This document shows positions 25,001-35,696 of a stretch of DNA of 64,000 nucleotides, one piece after another (position 1 is the stretch's first letter; each line of letters starts with the position of its first letter). Position numbers and translations under genes: made by a program. A model generated the notes under the pieces. It was not told where the DNA came from. It did not search any database and was given only the letters and a program-made list of their open reading frames with translations. The stretch comes from Oculina patagonica (taxonomy: Eukaryota). The stretch covers positions 5,208,001-5,272,000 of the forward strand of contig NC_135763.1 of NCBI RefSeq assembly GCF_052425735.1, given 5' to 3'.

Positions 25001-28000
25001 TGGGAATTTGTCGCTTACTTCCTTACATGTTACACTTGTTGGGCATATCGTAGTAGAACTTTCCATTTCGGGTTTTGAGCGGCGATTACGAAACTTGAAA
25101 ACGAACCACTTGTACCAGGAAACGTTAATAACGCAAGAGCGGGGAGTGTAGCCATGCACGGGGTAGTTTGAATATTCACCTATTGGGAATAGAGGGCTTA
25201 GTATTACGACCAGATTCCTAATACCACTTCAATTCAAAAAGGAACGCCCATGAGAAGAATAACGTAAAATGTTTGATTGTGGTACTATTGTCGATTATAT
25301 AGATAAAAGTAGGCAAAGTATCATGTCTTACCTTTGATCTTAGGACCCATGACATCAGTGAAGCTCTTAAAAGTCCAGTCTTTGACGAACTCATCTCTTA
25401 AAATCATGGCGGAGTGCACAATACCAGCCACGCTTGGAAGGGATTGTAGCTGGTCTTTAAAGGACGACATCTGTTCTTGGTTGGAAATGTCAATCTATGA
25501 GGGACAAAAATATGAAACTCTTTTTAATTTATGTCAGTGTGCCTCAAATGTTGTGCATATGTCATGTACAAATTAATGTTTATCAGTGTTTTCTAACCAC
25601 TCCATTCATGACTTCACAAAGTCGCCTTTTCTGTCTTACTTCAAGTCATTCAAGCCTTGTACCTAATAAAGTGTTTAAGCTGTAGGAATGCCATACCTGG
25701 AACGTGTGAAACTTTGCGCCGGTCCTTTCCTCTATCTCCCTTATTTCTTGAAATTTGGCAACTGAGGGTTTGGAACGACTAATAAGTCCTATGGACTTTG
25801 CTCCATTCTCTGCCATCCAGCGGGCTACTTCAAATCCAAATCCTCGAGCGCCACCTGCTACCAAGTAAGTTCTGTTTTCTTTCAACCCACACTCATCTAA
25901 ACCACAGGGAAGAACAGGAATCCTGTCAAGATCACTCTCTTCTTTAGGTGATGGAAAGGAGTGAATTAGAAAAGAAATGCCCGATGATGCTTTCACTTGA
26001 TGCTTTGGGGATGTCTGTTTGTCAATGGACGCATTTGCAGCCTGGATTGACGTTGCCAAGTCTACAGAGACCAGCTGCATTCCTTGAAGCTTTTTCAGTA
26101 CTGCCTTTTCTTCCAACAATGCCAGACTTTCCAAACAGAGCTTCTCAAAAACCAGAGGAGAACGAAGAATGTCTGTTATGTCCTCTCTCTCATATCTGAC
26201 ATGTGTTTTTGCGGGGAAAACAACGTCACCATCAAACTCGGAACTCAAGATGATAACTCGACCTCCTCTTTTAAGACACCGACTACTTTTTTGAAGAACA
26301 TTTGGAGACGGTGGGTAGAAATATACAACGGCATCAAAACTGTGCATGGAATTGTTATTGAGACCAGAGGAACTCTGACGTACTACACTTTCCGCACCCA
26401 ATTCAAGGAGAAGAGTTTTTGCAGACGTTTCGCAAGTGTCGGAAATGGTGCAAAACACTCTGTGACCCAAGGTTTTTGCAAGGACAACTGCTGCTGGCCC
26501 AGGGCCACGATTCGCATCATGTATCAGCAACTTGTGATTCTCTTCTCCAGATGCTACTCTTTGAAGTGCATGAGAAGCAATGGCTAGGCACGCAGGGATG
26601 TATGCCGCTTGTTCCTTTGTCAAGCTGGTTGGTTTTACAAACACGTTACTGACTTGAATGGGAAGAGAGGCGGAAACCTGTCCAGAGGCGATGACACCAC
26701 ACACTTCATCTCCAATTTGTAACCGAGTATTCTCGCTTTCTTCTGGTAGATCAGTCACCTTTCCAACGACGAAGACACATCTGTTTGGTTTGGCTACATC
26801 AATTAGCGATTCAGAGGGTGTCCAGCAATGCAACAGATCTATTGTGAGCTCAGAGTGGGAAGGCTTTGAAAGAGTCTTCTCGCGCAGGCAGAGAGTTCGT
26901 GACGATGAGATAACTGATAAGTAGAAGGAACGCCTTTTCTTGATTTCAACGTTGTTGGTTTTTGGTTGCTCAGGGGAAATTTGTGATCTCACAATGCGAT
27001 TTATGAAACGTTTGCCATCTCTAAAGGCCACTTCTTCTTCAATGCTGTCACTCAGAACCTCCTCAATCAAGGAATCTACTTCGTGCATATCCCTTTTGTT
27101 GTTTAGGTCAACAGTTGCAACCCTGAAATTGAATTCTTCGAGGTTTGCTGTTCGTCGAAGACCCCAGACTGTAGAACTCCACGGGATGGTACTAGTCTTA
27201 AGAGACTTGTCACAAGCGTTCAACAACTGTGTACGTTCGGTAATGAGAAACAGTCGTGCATCGAACCACCCCTTCTGTATCACAAGCTTGAGTAAGAAGA
27301 CAGAACTGCTGAACGCGAGGCGTTGAGCTTGTTCAATGACATCGAAATTGTCCGGGAGAAGGGTCGTTTCCACAGGCCACATGTTGATGACTCTGAGGTT
27401 GGATGAATGGTTTGGTGGTATGTCCGAAAATGCCGCGTTGATTGCTTCCTCTGCTTTGGTGTTGAAACATCCAGCATTTGGTGGGTCAACTGTGATGACA
27501 TTAACCTTAGCCGCCTGAAGCCTTGTGACTAGGGCGTTTGAGAAATCAGTGGAGTCTCTCAACACCAGGCAAGTCAAATTTGGTGCGGTTTCCCTCTGCT
27601 CTTGTAACTCATCTTCCATCCACAGGACTTCATAGGCAAGGCCATCAAAGACAAATCGACGCGGCGTGCTGGTCAACTCTGCGATGCGAAACTCACTCAT
27701 GGTGAGTAAAACTTTTCCAGATGGACTCAGGAGGGTAACATCAAATATTCCAAACTCAGTCGCATCCGCATTGACGTGGCAATACAGCTGGTTGGTAGAG
27801 GGAACGCCACTCAGTGTTATGGTCTTGAAACCCACTGGCACAACGGACATATCCTCAGTTACTGCGTTTCCAAGGGGAACAAAGCAGGATTGAAGGCAGG
27901 TGTCTAAAATGGAAGGATGAATCACATAATCACCAGCTTCGTTTTGAATGGACGGTGATCCACTTATGTCAACTAAGCAAACTCCCTCATTGTCGCGCTG

Positions 28001-31000
28001 CCAAATTTGTTTGATGATCCAGAAATTAGGTCCATAGTTGAACCCATACTTCTCCGTTATTTCTTTGAACCGTTCCATCGGCATTGGCGTCATGTTTGTG
28101 ATGAGTTCGTTTACAGCTGGCCCAGGTTCATTGGAAGCTGTGAATACAAACACAAAGAAAATCTTAGGTTTAAAGTTCCAAATAACTAGTTCATTGTTTC
28201 TAAAAAGCTTTGAAATGATTTGTCAAATTGTGTTGAAAATATTTCAAAAAGGATAATACTGCAAATTATTAATAAACAAAGGCAAAAAAATAGAACAACA
28301 GCATTGAACACAAAACTTCCAATTAAGGTAATAGTACCTCCGTCCTTTAAGTTGTCTTGTTTATGTAATAGATCGACAGAGATTTTCCCGCTACTCAGGT
28401 TAATTTCTGACTGGTCATCCTGTACACTTGTAATATGGAACTCAGCCTTGTCAATTGTGTCGGTCTTCAGAAGTCGCAGTCGTAGTGACCGAACCTGAAG
28501 TGTAAAGGATAAAACAATGATATAACTTCAGCTAATGTTAGTACGCTATAATTATCCTATTGAAATTGCAAGTAATTTTATTAGACTCTGACCTGTGTTT
28601 CAGGCAGTGTTAGAAGACTTGAAAGCTTCACATCACTCAGTTCCAAGCCGGCGATGTCTACGAACTTGTCCCTAACCATTGCAAAGGCCATCTCCAGGTA
28701 AGCAGATCCTGGCATCACAGTACCCCCCTGAATAAGAGCGTGGTCTTTCAGAGTTGAAAAGTGGTGAAGGTCAATCTCAGTTTCCCAGCAATGCAGGCCT
28801 GAATACAGGTCGGTCATTTTCACTTGTCCTAGAAATGGGTGCGTTTGCTTTGTGGTTTTCTCAGCACCAAGAGGAGAAATTATTGTTTCGGGTGGACGTT
28901 CACGATACCAGAAGCTGTTTTCCTGCCATGGATAGTTTGGCGAACGAACAAACCAAGCTGATGGATTCCTTTGCACACACGTCCAATCTATGGGAAATCC
29001 AATTGTGTACAGTTTACATACTGTGTTCTGAAGAAAGCACTTGTGCTGGTCTTTTACAGGTACTCTTTTGCGAGGAAGAGTTGCTACGACAACAGGCATT
29101 TCTTGGTCTTTAAGGCTGTCTTGAAGAGCAATCTGTTTCAGGTAGTGGGCTAGAATGGGCTGGGTACTTATCTCAATAATCTGCTTGTAACCATCTTTTA
29201 ACAGATTCTTCACAGCTGGATAGAACTGGACTGGACAACGGATATTTCGCCACCAGTAATCGCCGTTAAACTGCTGACCAGGGAAAACGTCGCCCTCGAC
29301 TGTTGAATACATAGGAATTTTCGACAGCTGAGGGTTTACCTTGATACGTTTCATAGCTGCTTGAAAAGGCTTCTTGATGGGTTCCATGTGTGTGCTGTGA
29401 AATGCGCGTTTTGTTCCAAGAACGCGCCAGAAAGTATCTTTTGCATGCATTGTTAAGTGTTGACCCAGGGCCTCGATTGATTTGGACTCACCAGACACAG
29501 TCACGCTCTTCGTATCATTAACTGCGGCGATGTCAAGAGTGGCACTTAACTTCAGGTTTAGCAGTAAAGCCCTGGCCTTTTCTTCAGACATGCCCAGAGC
29601 TGCCATACCTCCATTATTGGGGCATTTATCTTGCAGAGTGGAGCGAGCTAGCACCAACTGAACAGCTTCCTTGACCGTAATTATCCCAGCAACACAGGCA
29701 GCTGCAAACTCCCCTAGACTGTGACCGATGACAGCGGAAGGAAAGATTTTCCAGGACATCAGCAGCTGAGCAGTCGCGTACTGGACAGCAAAAGTCGCGG
29801 GCTGAGCGAAGAAATTCTCAGAAATTCTTGAAACGTCTTCTGGCGCCATCAACTCGTCTATCAGCGACCACGTCATACCCAGATCTTTAAGTAAGCTGTT
29901 CACCGTCAAAATCGCTTCTCTGAAAACAGCCTCACATTCAATTAACTGTCTTCCCATGGCATACCATTGAGAGCCCTGACCACCAAACATGAAAACGAGT
30001 TTTCCATCATTGGAAGTCACTTGGGCATAAGAAACCAACTTATCCCATCCCACGGAGTCATCAGCGTAGTCCGCCAAAGACTTGGATGCTTCCGCAGTGG
30101 ATCCAAAGGCAAGTGCCAATCGGTGTGGGAGTTGGCTGCGGCGTTCGTTCAAAGAGTAGCACAAGTTTTCCACAAACGGCTCATCCATATCTTCGACGTT
30201 AACTCTCATCCATTTGGAGTATAGTCCTGCCATTTTCTGTAGAGCCTCCTTTGAACGCGCGGACAGGGTGAAAACATTATTTAGACGTTCAACTTTTCCT
30301 TCTTGAAAACTTTGTTTCGACGGTACTTCGCGAAGGATGAGGTGTACATTTGTCCCACCATAACCAAAGGAGTTCAAGGCTGCTATTCGCGGTTTTCCTT
30401 TCGCTTTAATCCAGGGCTCACTGGTTTGTTGCACAACAAGCTGTTTCTCTTCCAGTTTTAGTTTGGGATTCAGCACACGTATGTTCACAGTTGGTACATA
30501 TTTTTTCCTTTTGATCATCAGAGCGACCTTGATTAGCCCAGCAAGGCCAGAAGTGGATTCAGTGTGATTGATGTTTGACTTAACAGAACCAATCCTTAAC
30601 TTTTGTGTGGTTTGTCTGGTGTATGTATCGGCTATCGATGTGACCTCTACGACATCTCCAATTGCGGTACCAGTGCCGTGCGCTTCAAAGTAATCCACCT
30701 CTTCTGGATTCACTCCTGACTGCTCAAGAACTTTTTTGGATAATTCAGCTTGCATCTTTGCACTCGGAGCCGTCATTGGTACAGCATTTTGTCCATCGCT
30801 GTTCATTCCACAAGCCACTATCTCGCAGTATGGGTCATCTTTGTCACTTATAGCTGCAGTTGATTGCTTCAAAATAACTGCTGCAAAACCTTCCCCACGT
30901 CCATAACCATCTCCAGAAGAGTCAAAACTTTTGCAACGTCCATCAGGCGCCAGAAGTCCAGCTATGCTGGATAACATTTGCATAGCCGGATTAAGGACAA

Positions 31001-34000
31001 TGTTAGGTGCGCAAACGATGGCTATTTCGCAATCCTCATTGTGCAGGTTATCACAAGCTATTTTGAGGGCAGTTAACGATGAAGAGCATGCTGTATCAAC
31101 GGCCAGGCTTGGACCAGTAAGGTTAAGACAGAAGGACACTCTGTTGGCGAGAATCGACATTGAGCCTCCTGTTGAGGAAAACTGGTCGATATTGTGGTAA
31201 TTGGATTTGTCTGTTACAAGTGCTCCATAATCCAAATTCATTACGCCGACAAAGACTCCTGTTCTACACTTCTGAAGATCTTCAAGTCGCATTCCAGCAT
31301 CTTCAATGGCCTCATACACCACATGTAGCAGAATTCGTTGCTGTGGATCCATTCCCTGAGCTTCTTGATTGGAAATGCTAAAAAACTTGTTGTCAAAATG
31401 TGTTATTTCTTCCAAGTAAGATCCATTCACAGCAGATAGACGTCCACTGACAAAGCGTCTGGGATTATACAGTTCAAAGAAAGTTTTATGCTGTTCAGGT
31501 CTACTGTTGGGGAAGGGACCATTTGAACTCTTCCCTTGCTCAAGAAAGTACCAAAACTGGTCCTTACCGCTGGCTCCTGGAAATCTGCAGCTGATGCCAA
31601 CGATGGAAATTCCAGGGCGTTTTGATCTGAGCTGCAGGGTGACCTCATCTCGTACTTGTAACGATACTTCGTCGTTGTGTTCCTTGTGGGTATGTACTAC
31701 ATCTACGTCATTCTGAGATTCAAAACTATGCACGAACTCGAGAAACAATACCATTATTGGCGGGAAAACAACTAGAGCGTGGGTCAACCCTAGAACAAGC
31801 ACCAGAGGAACAAGCCGATGGAAAATGTCTGCTAGACTTGGATAAATAAACCCAAGTGAAACAGACCCACATATTGTGATTGACGCTGCAGTCACCACAC
31901 ACCAGCCAACAGAGCGTAGGGCCTCGATCATGCGAATTCGTATCTTAAGCTTTGCTGAAAAGACGAATGAATGGGCGACCTGAATGCTGAAATTCAGCGA
32001 TAAGATAATCGTCAGAAAGACAGAGAGAAAGGAGATATGATTCAGGTGAATTCCCCACACCTCCATTATAGCTGCTGCCTCCAATACGAGAAAATCAAAT
32101 GTTATGGCCAGGTAGATGCTTATCCCGAAACTTGTGTTCGAGAACAGAGAGACCATAAACACTACTGCTGTAGCAGTTATGAAAACTGTGAAGACTGCTT
32201 CTCTTTCCAACAGGTAAAGGTCATCAAGATCAAAAAAGTTCTCAGAGACTGGTACGACTTCCATGGGAGACTGTTTGAGTAGGTCCCTTTTCAGTTTCTC
32301 CAGCGATCCTCTGTCTTCTCGAAATCGGTTATGTAGTTCCATATTCAGATGAATTCGAGATGCTAGAATTCTGGCACGGGTATTCGTATCTTCAAAACGT
32401 ACGTCTTGTCGAAAGGGGACGTTTTGGGATTCATTCAGGAAACGTTCTAAACACGGGTAGAACTCAGAGTTCTTGCAGCTCATGTTGTGATCCAACGTCC
32501 ACTGGCGTAACGCTGTCATCCAGCAGAATGATTCCCCCTCACTGTAGGAAGCCTCTTGCAGTTTTGTACAAATGTTTATTATTTGATTTTGTACAGTCTC
32601 CTGTGAATAGTCAATTTTCCCCGAAAAAACGATGCTTGTATCTGTTTCTTTGCCAAAGAACTTCTGCTGTGCTTCACTGAATTGCTTGAAATTGTCATTT
32701 TGGTTTAGTGCCTCGGTGGTGCTCGTTCGCTCATCACGTTGTAAAGCAGACAACACACACAAACTGACGATGCATGCAAGGATAAGTACTGCAAGAATTT
32801 TTCCACCAAGTGACGTTATTATCCAGGTAAGGCTTTTCAGAATGTGTCGCAGTTTAGATTTGCGGCATTGCACGAGTCCTTGTTCGAAGCTCCCAACGTT
32901 AGTAATGGACGATCTTCTTCTACAAGATCTTGGACAAGGATTGTTCAATTTCTTCAACCTTCTTTCAAAATACATCAACAGTATTACTGTTACTATAAAA
33001 GACACAGCCGAAGCTAATACATAAACTATAAGTGTCGCCATGAAAAAATCTGAAATCACATCAAAGGAAGATTTGATAGCAATTCCAGACAGAATTGTTC
33101 CACATAATGCCGACAACACAGCAAGGAATCCTGCTTTCGCCACACAACTGCTGACTCGATGTTCAAGTGATGGCACCTTCTTTTGCTGCCCCCATTGTAC
33201 CAGGAAAAGTACAACGTCTGACGTTGATTTTCCTAACAACAAGAAGGGAATGAACAAGGTAGTTGGGAAAAGGGAAGTGTTGGCCATTGAGATAATACCC
33301 GCAGAACACGTCATTGGAAACAGAATAGATGAAATCATCAATAAGACTGTTGTTAGGCAACTGAGATTATCAGAGGAGAGGTATACGACAATGAAGACAA
33401 GAACAATCATTGCCAAAGGTGACAAATAAAGTGGCCATAGCTCTGGTTTCAATACGTTTTCTAAAGCATCATTTGTGGTTTTTCCAGTCGTGAAGGAGAG
33501 ATTTGTACAGTTCAAACGATGACCAATCGACAAGAGGAGACTTTCAAGAGATGCTTCAAAGTTAAGAACTGCCTGGTCTTCTTCTTCAGTGGTTGTCCTT
33601 TTAATGAAGTAAACAACTCGAAGCGCGTCGGCTCGAGCAGTAGGTGGATCCGTCTTATGTTGAACTTGAAAATTGCTCAGCATTTGAATAAAGGAAGAAT
33701 TGAATGTTTGACCAGAGGAGAGAACGATAGTAGGGTTTGTCAACTCGTGAGCCAGAATGGAGGAAAGGTTGCTCAAATTTTCAAATTGAGTACCAGCTAA
33801 TTCGAGAGGACTGCTGATGATACAGTCATGTTTGGAAAGTTTTTGTTGGGTTTCTGGAAGCAATTTCCTAGAACATATTTCACTGTAACCAGTTATGTTC
33901 ACTACGGTCTGGTGCACGAGAATGGCGTCTTTCAAACAATCTTCACTTAGGATATTTTCACCATGTTTTGGGATCATGATGATCTGCTCTTGGCGCGCTT

Positions 34001-34358
34001 CAAGAAGTGGGAAGAATTGTGCTGCATGATGCAAGTCTTTCCTGGATTGGCTGTCAGTCGCGGTGAAACGTTCAACGGACGGATGCTCTATACGCAGGCG
34101 AATTAATCCCAGACAACTCACAATGACAACTAAAAGCGACACCAGAAGGACAACCCACGGTTTGCGAGCAAGAAAGAACCCCAGTTTCTCGAACGCTTTC
34201 TGGTAAGCAGTGAGGATGCCATACGATACGGTTCTTCGTCCTCTAGTGATGGCTCCACATCCTAGCCGACTTCGTTTACGAGTTGTGTGAATTTCGTAAG
34301 ACCTAGACGCGAGAATGTAATTTTGTAAAGTCATTGGAATATTTAATTGGAAAGTCAT
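19094..34358 (-). CDS. Copy B: Patched/NPC1-like RND-polyketide synthase (KS-AT-DH-psiKR-ER0-KR-ACP-TE)-PH-like fusion, ~3569 aa if started at ATG 34358
   Basis: 12 GT-AG exons that join in frame: 34358(acceptor 34302)-28593, 28494-28338, 28137-25697, 25494-25332, 24924-24646, 24506-24118, 23655-23362, 21860-21543, 21364-21134, 20891-20570, 19812-19684, 19314-19094(TAG). KR GGARGFG, LRD, GQSSYSGCN; ACP YGIDS; TE GYSYG..IDT..GDH. Confidence 0.92.
19891..20045. mobile_element. hAT-like MITE
   Basis: Inverted ends AGTGGCGGAT / ATCCGCCACTG. Confidence 0.65.
22070..22270 (-). mobile_element. Degenerate SINE body
   Basis: AAGTGGCCC..GCTTACCCTGGTTCCCTTAGCATGAAGAGACTA..GTATTGCT resembles, from recollection only, an abundant cnidarian tRNA-SINE core. 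Confidence 0.4.
22300..23027. mobile_element. Non-autonomous hAT DNA transposon in intron 7 of copy B
   Basis: TIR CATAGGCGTACG / CGTACGCCTATG; perfect 8-bp TSD TACGCTAC (22292-22299, 23028-23035). Confidence 0.9.
25697..28137 (-). CDS. Copy B exon 3: C-terminal DH, psiKR, degenerate ER, start of KR
   Basis: 835-aa ORF; HPSILDTCLQ, WGLRRTANLEE, LLIHDANRGPG, TYLVAGGARGFG. Confidence 0.9.
28593..34358 (-). CDS. Copy B giant exon: RND(SSD)-KS-AT-N-terminal DH
   Basis: 1925-aa ORF; donor CAG|GTCAGA. Confidence 0.92.
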
Positions 34359-34634
34359 GGTTCAGCTAATATGAACCAGGAGCAAAATAAATCGATCGAC
34401 TTAATAGGTATTCCCTATAAATCAAAAGGATCTATGAACTTGGAAGATGTTTGTTTTTCATCCTAAACTCCGGTTATTTTAAATCACTTTCTAAGTATTC
34501 GTTCTAAAGAGCTTTTGTTTGCAAACAACATTCAAATGTGTTTTGTTTTAGAAAAAAAGCGACGCGACATGTTTATTTGCATTGTTAAAAGTAAGTCGTG
34601 TGTTGGCAGTTTTTACTTGGGAAAGCAATTAAAT

Positions 34635-34648
34635 GTCACGTGGCCAAT
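34635..34648. promoter_or_regulatory. E-box GTCACGTGG (plus adjacent CCAAT) in a block conserved with copy A (58886-58894)
   Basis: Alignable upstream non-coding blocks 34360-34710 and 58570-58950 both retain GTCACGTGG. Confidence 0.4.
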
Positions 34649-35666
34649 AATGACATTTTCTCAATCGCAGAATGTCAACCTTGATATGGTTAAACTTTAC
34701 ACATCTTAGTTGCACTTGTGCCTAAGTAGAAAAAGGATATCAGGACCGAAATATTTCCCTTTGAGGTCCCCTCGTGTATGGCTATAGCGTGTTCGTTGGT
34801 ACAAATAGCATTCTGTAAGGTTAAAGTTTTCTCGCGGATTTTTTCCAAGAAAGAAAACCGGAAAATGGTCACCTAGCGTTGCTTCAACGAAACAGAAAGC
34901 CATTTTTTTACTGACCATAAAATTAAACGAACTTTTGAAGGATGTCGTTTGGTGTTTAGCGAGTTCGCCAAAAAATAAATTGTCGTTGTTTCAAGTTCGG
35001 TTTGAAGAGCAAGGTTTCAAAGCCGATAACCTCCCCTTGTCATTGAAAACTAGTCTGTGTTTTGTTAGCGTGAAAGTGAATTGTAGAGGTCGTTGATTTA
35101 TCCTAATTATTGAGCTTATAGTTCAGAATTTGTGTTCGGAAAGCACATTTGCTTTCGCCGCTTTGCAAAAATAATCTGTAATTGCTTTTAAACTCACTGT
35201 TGATAGCAATGAGAGGTTATAAAAGGTTTATGGGCTCAGTTCTTGAGAGATTCTAATTTTTTTCCATGCATTCCCTTTTCCTTTAGAAACGAAGATCACT
35301 TTTACTATAAATTTGTCGTTTTTAAACGACAAGAAGAATGATTTCTATGTAGTGATTTATGTCTTGTAATTCGTTTTGAAAGCGAATCAATCTTTTATTC
35401 GTAGAAGGTTTTGCCGCTGCTTTTGTAGCTTAAAATATCTCAACCTCTTTATAGACAGACATATTTTTTTCAAACTGGTCAATTCTTAGAATCGCAGACA
35501 ACATTCTCGGAAAATCGTCTGGGCGCCCCGTAACAGACGCGCATCCAAGTGTGAGCTTCATTAAGGAAGTAAAATTTGATTGGTTAACCTAGTTTTCCAG
35601 AAATGTCAAGAATCGAGAGCTAAGGGTTATGAAACGTATTTAATCACATGTGCCCACGAGACTTGA

Positions 35667-35696
35667 TCACGTGCGCGCTGTAGGCTTGATCACGTG
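35667..35696. promoter_or_regulatory. Paired E-box TCACGTG-N16-TCACGTG
   Basis: Same motif and spacing occur upstream of copy A at 59681-59710. Confidence 0.45.

Noticed and set aside
25646-28153. Treating the 835/834-aa ORFs and small downstream ORFs as separate genes of a bacterial-style PKS operon
   Set aside because: They are bounded by GT-AG sites with matching phases and conserved exon lengths, so they are exons of one gene
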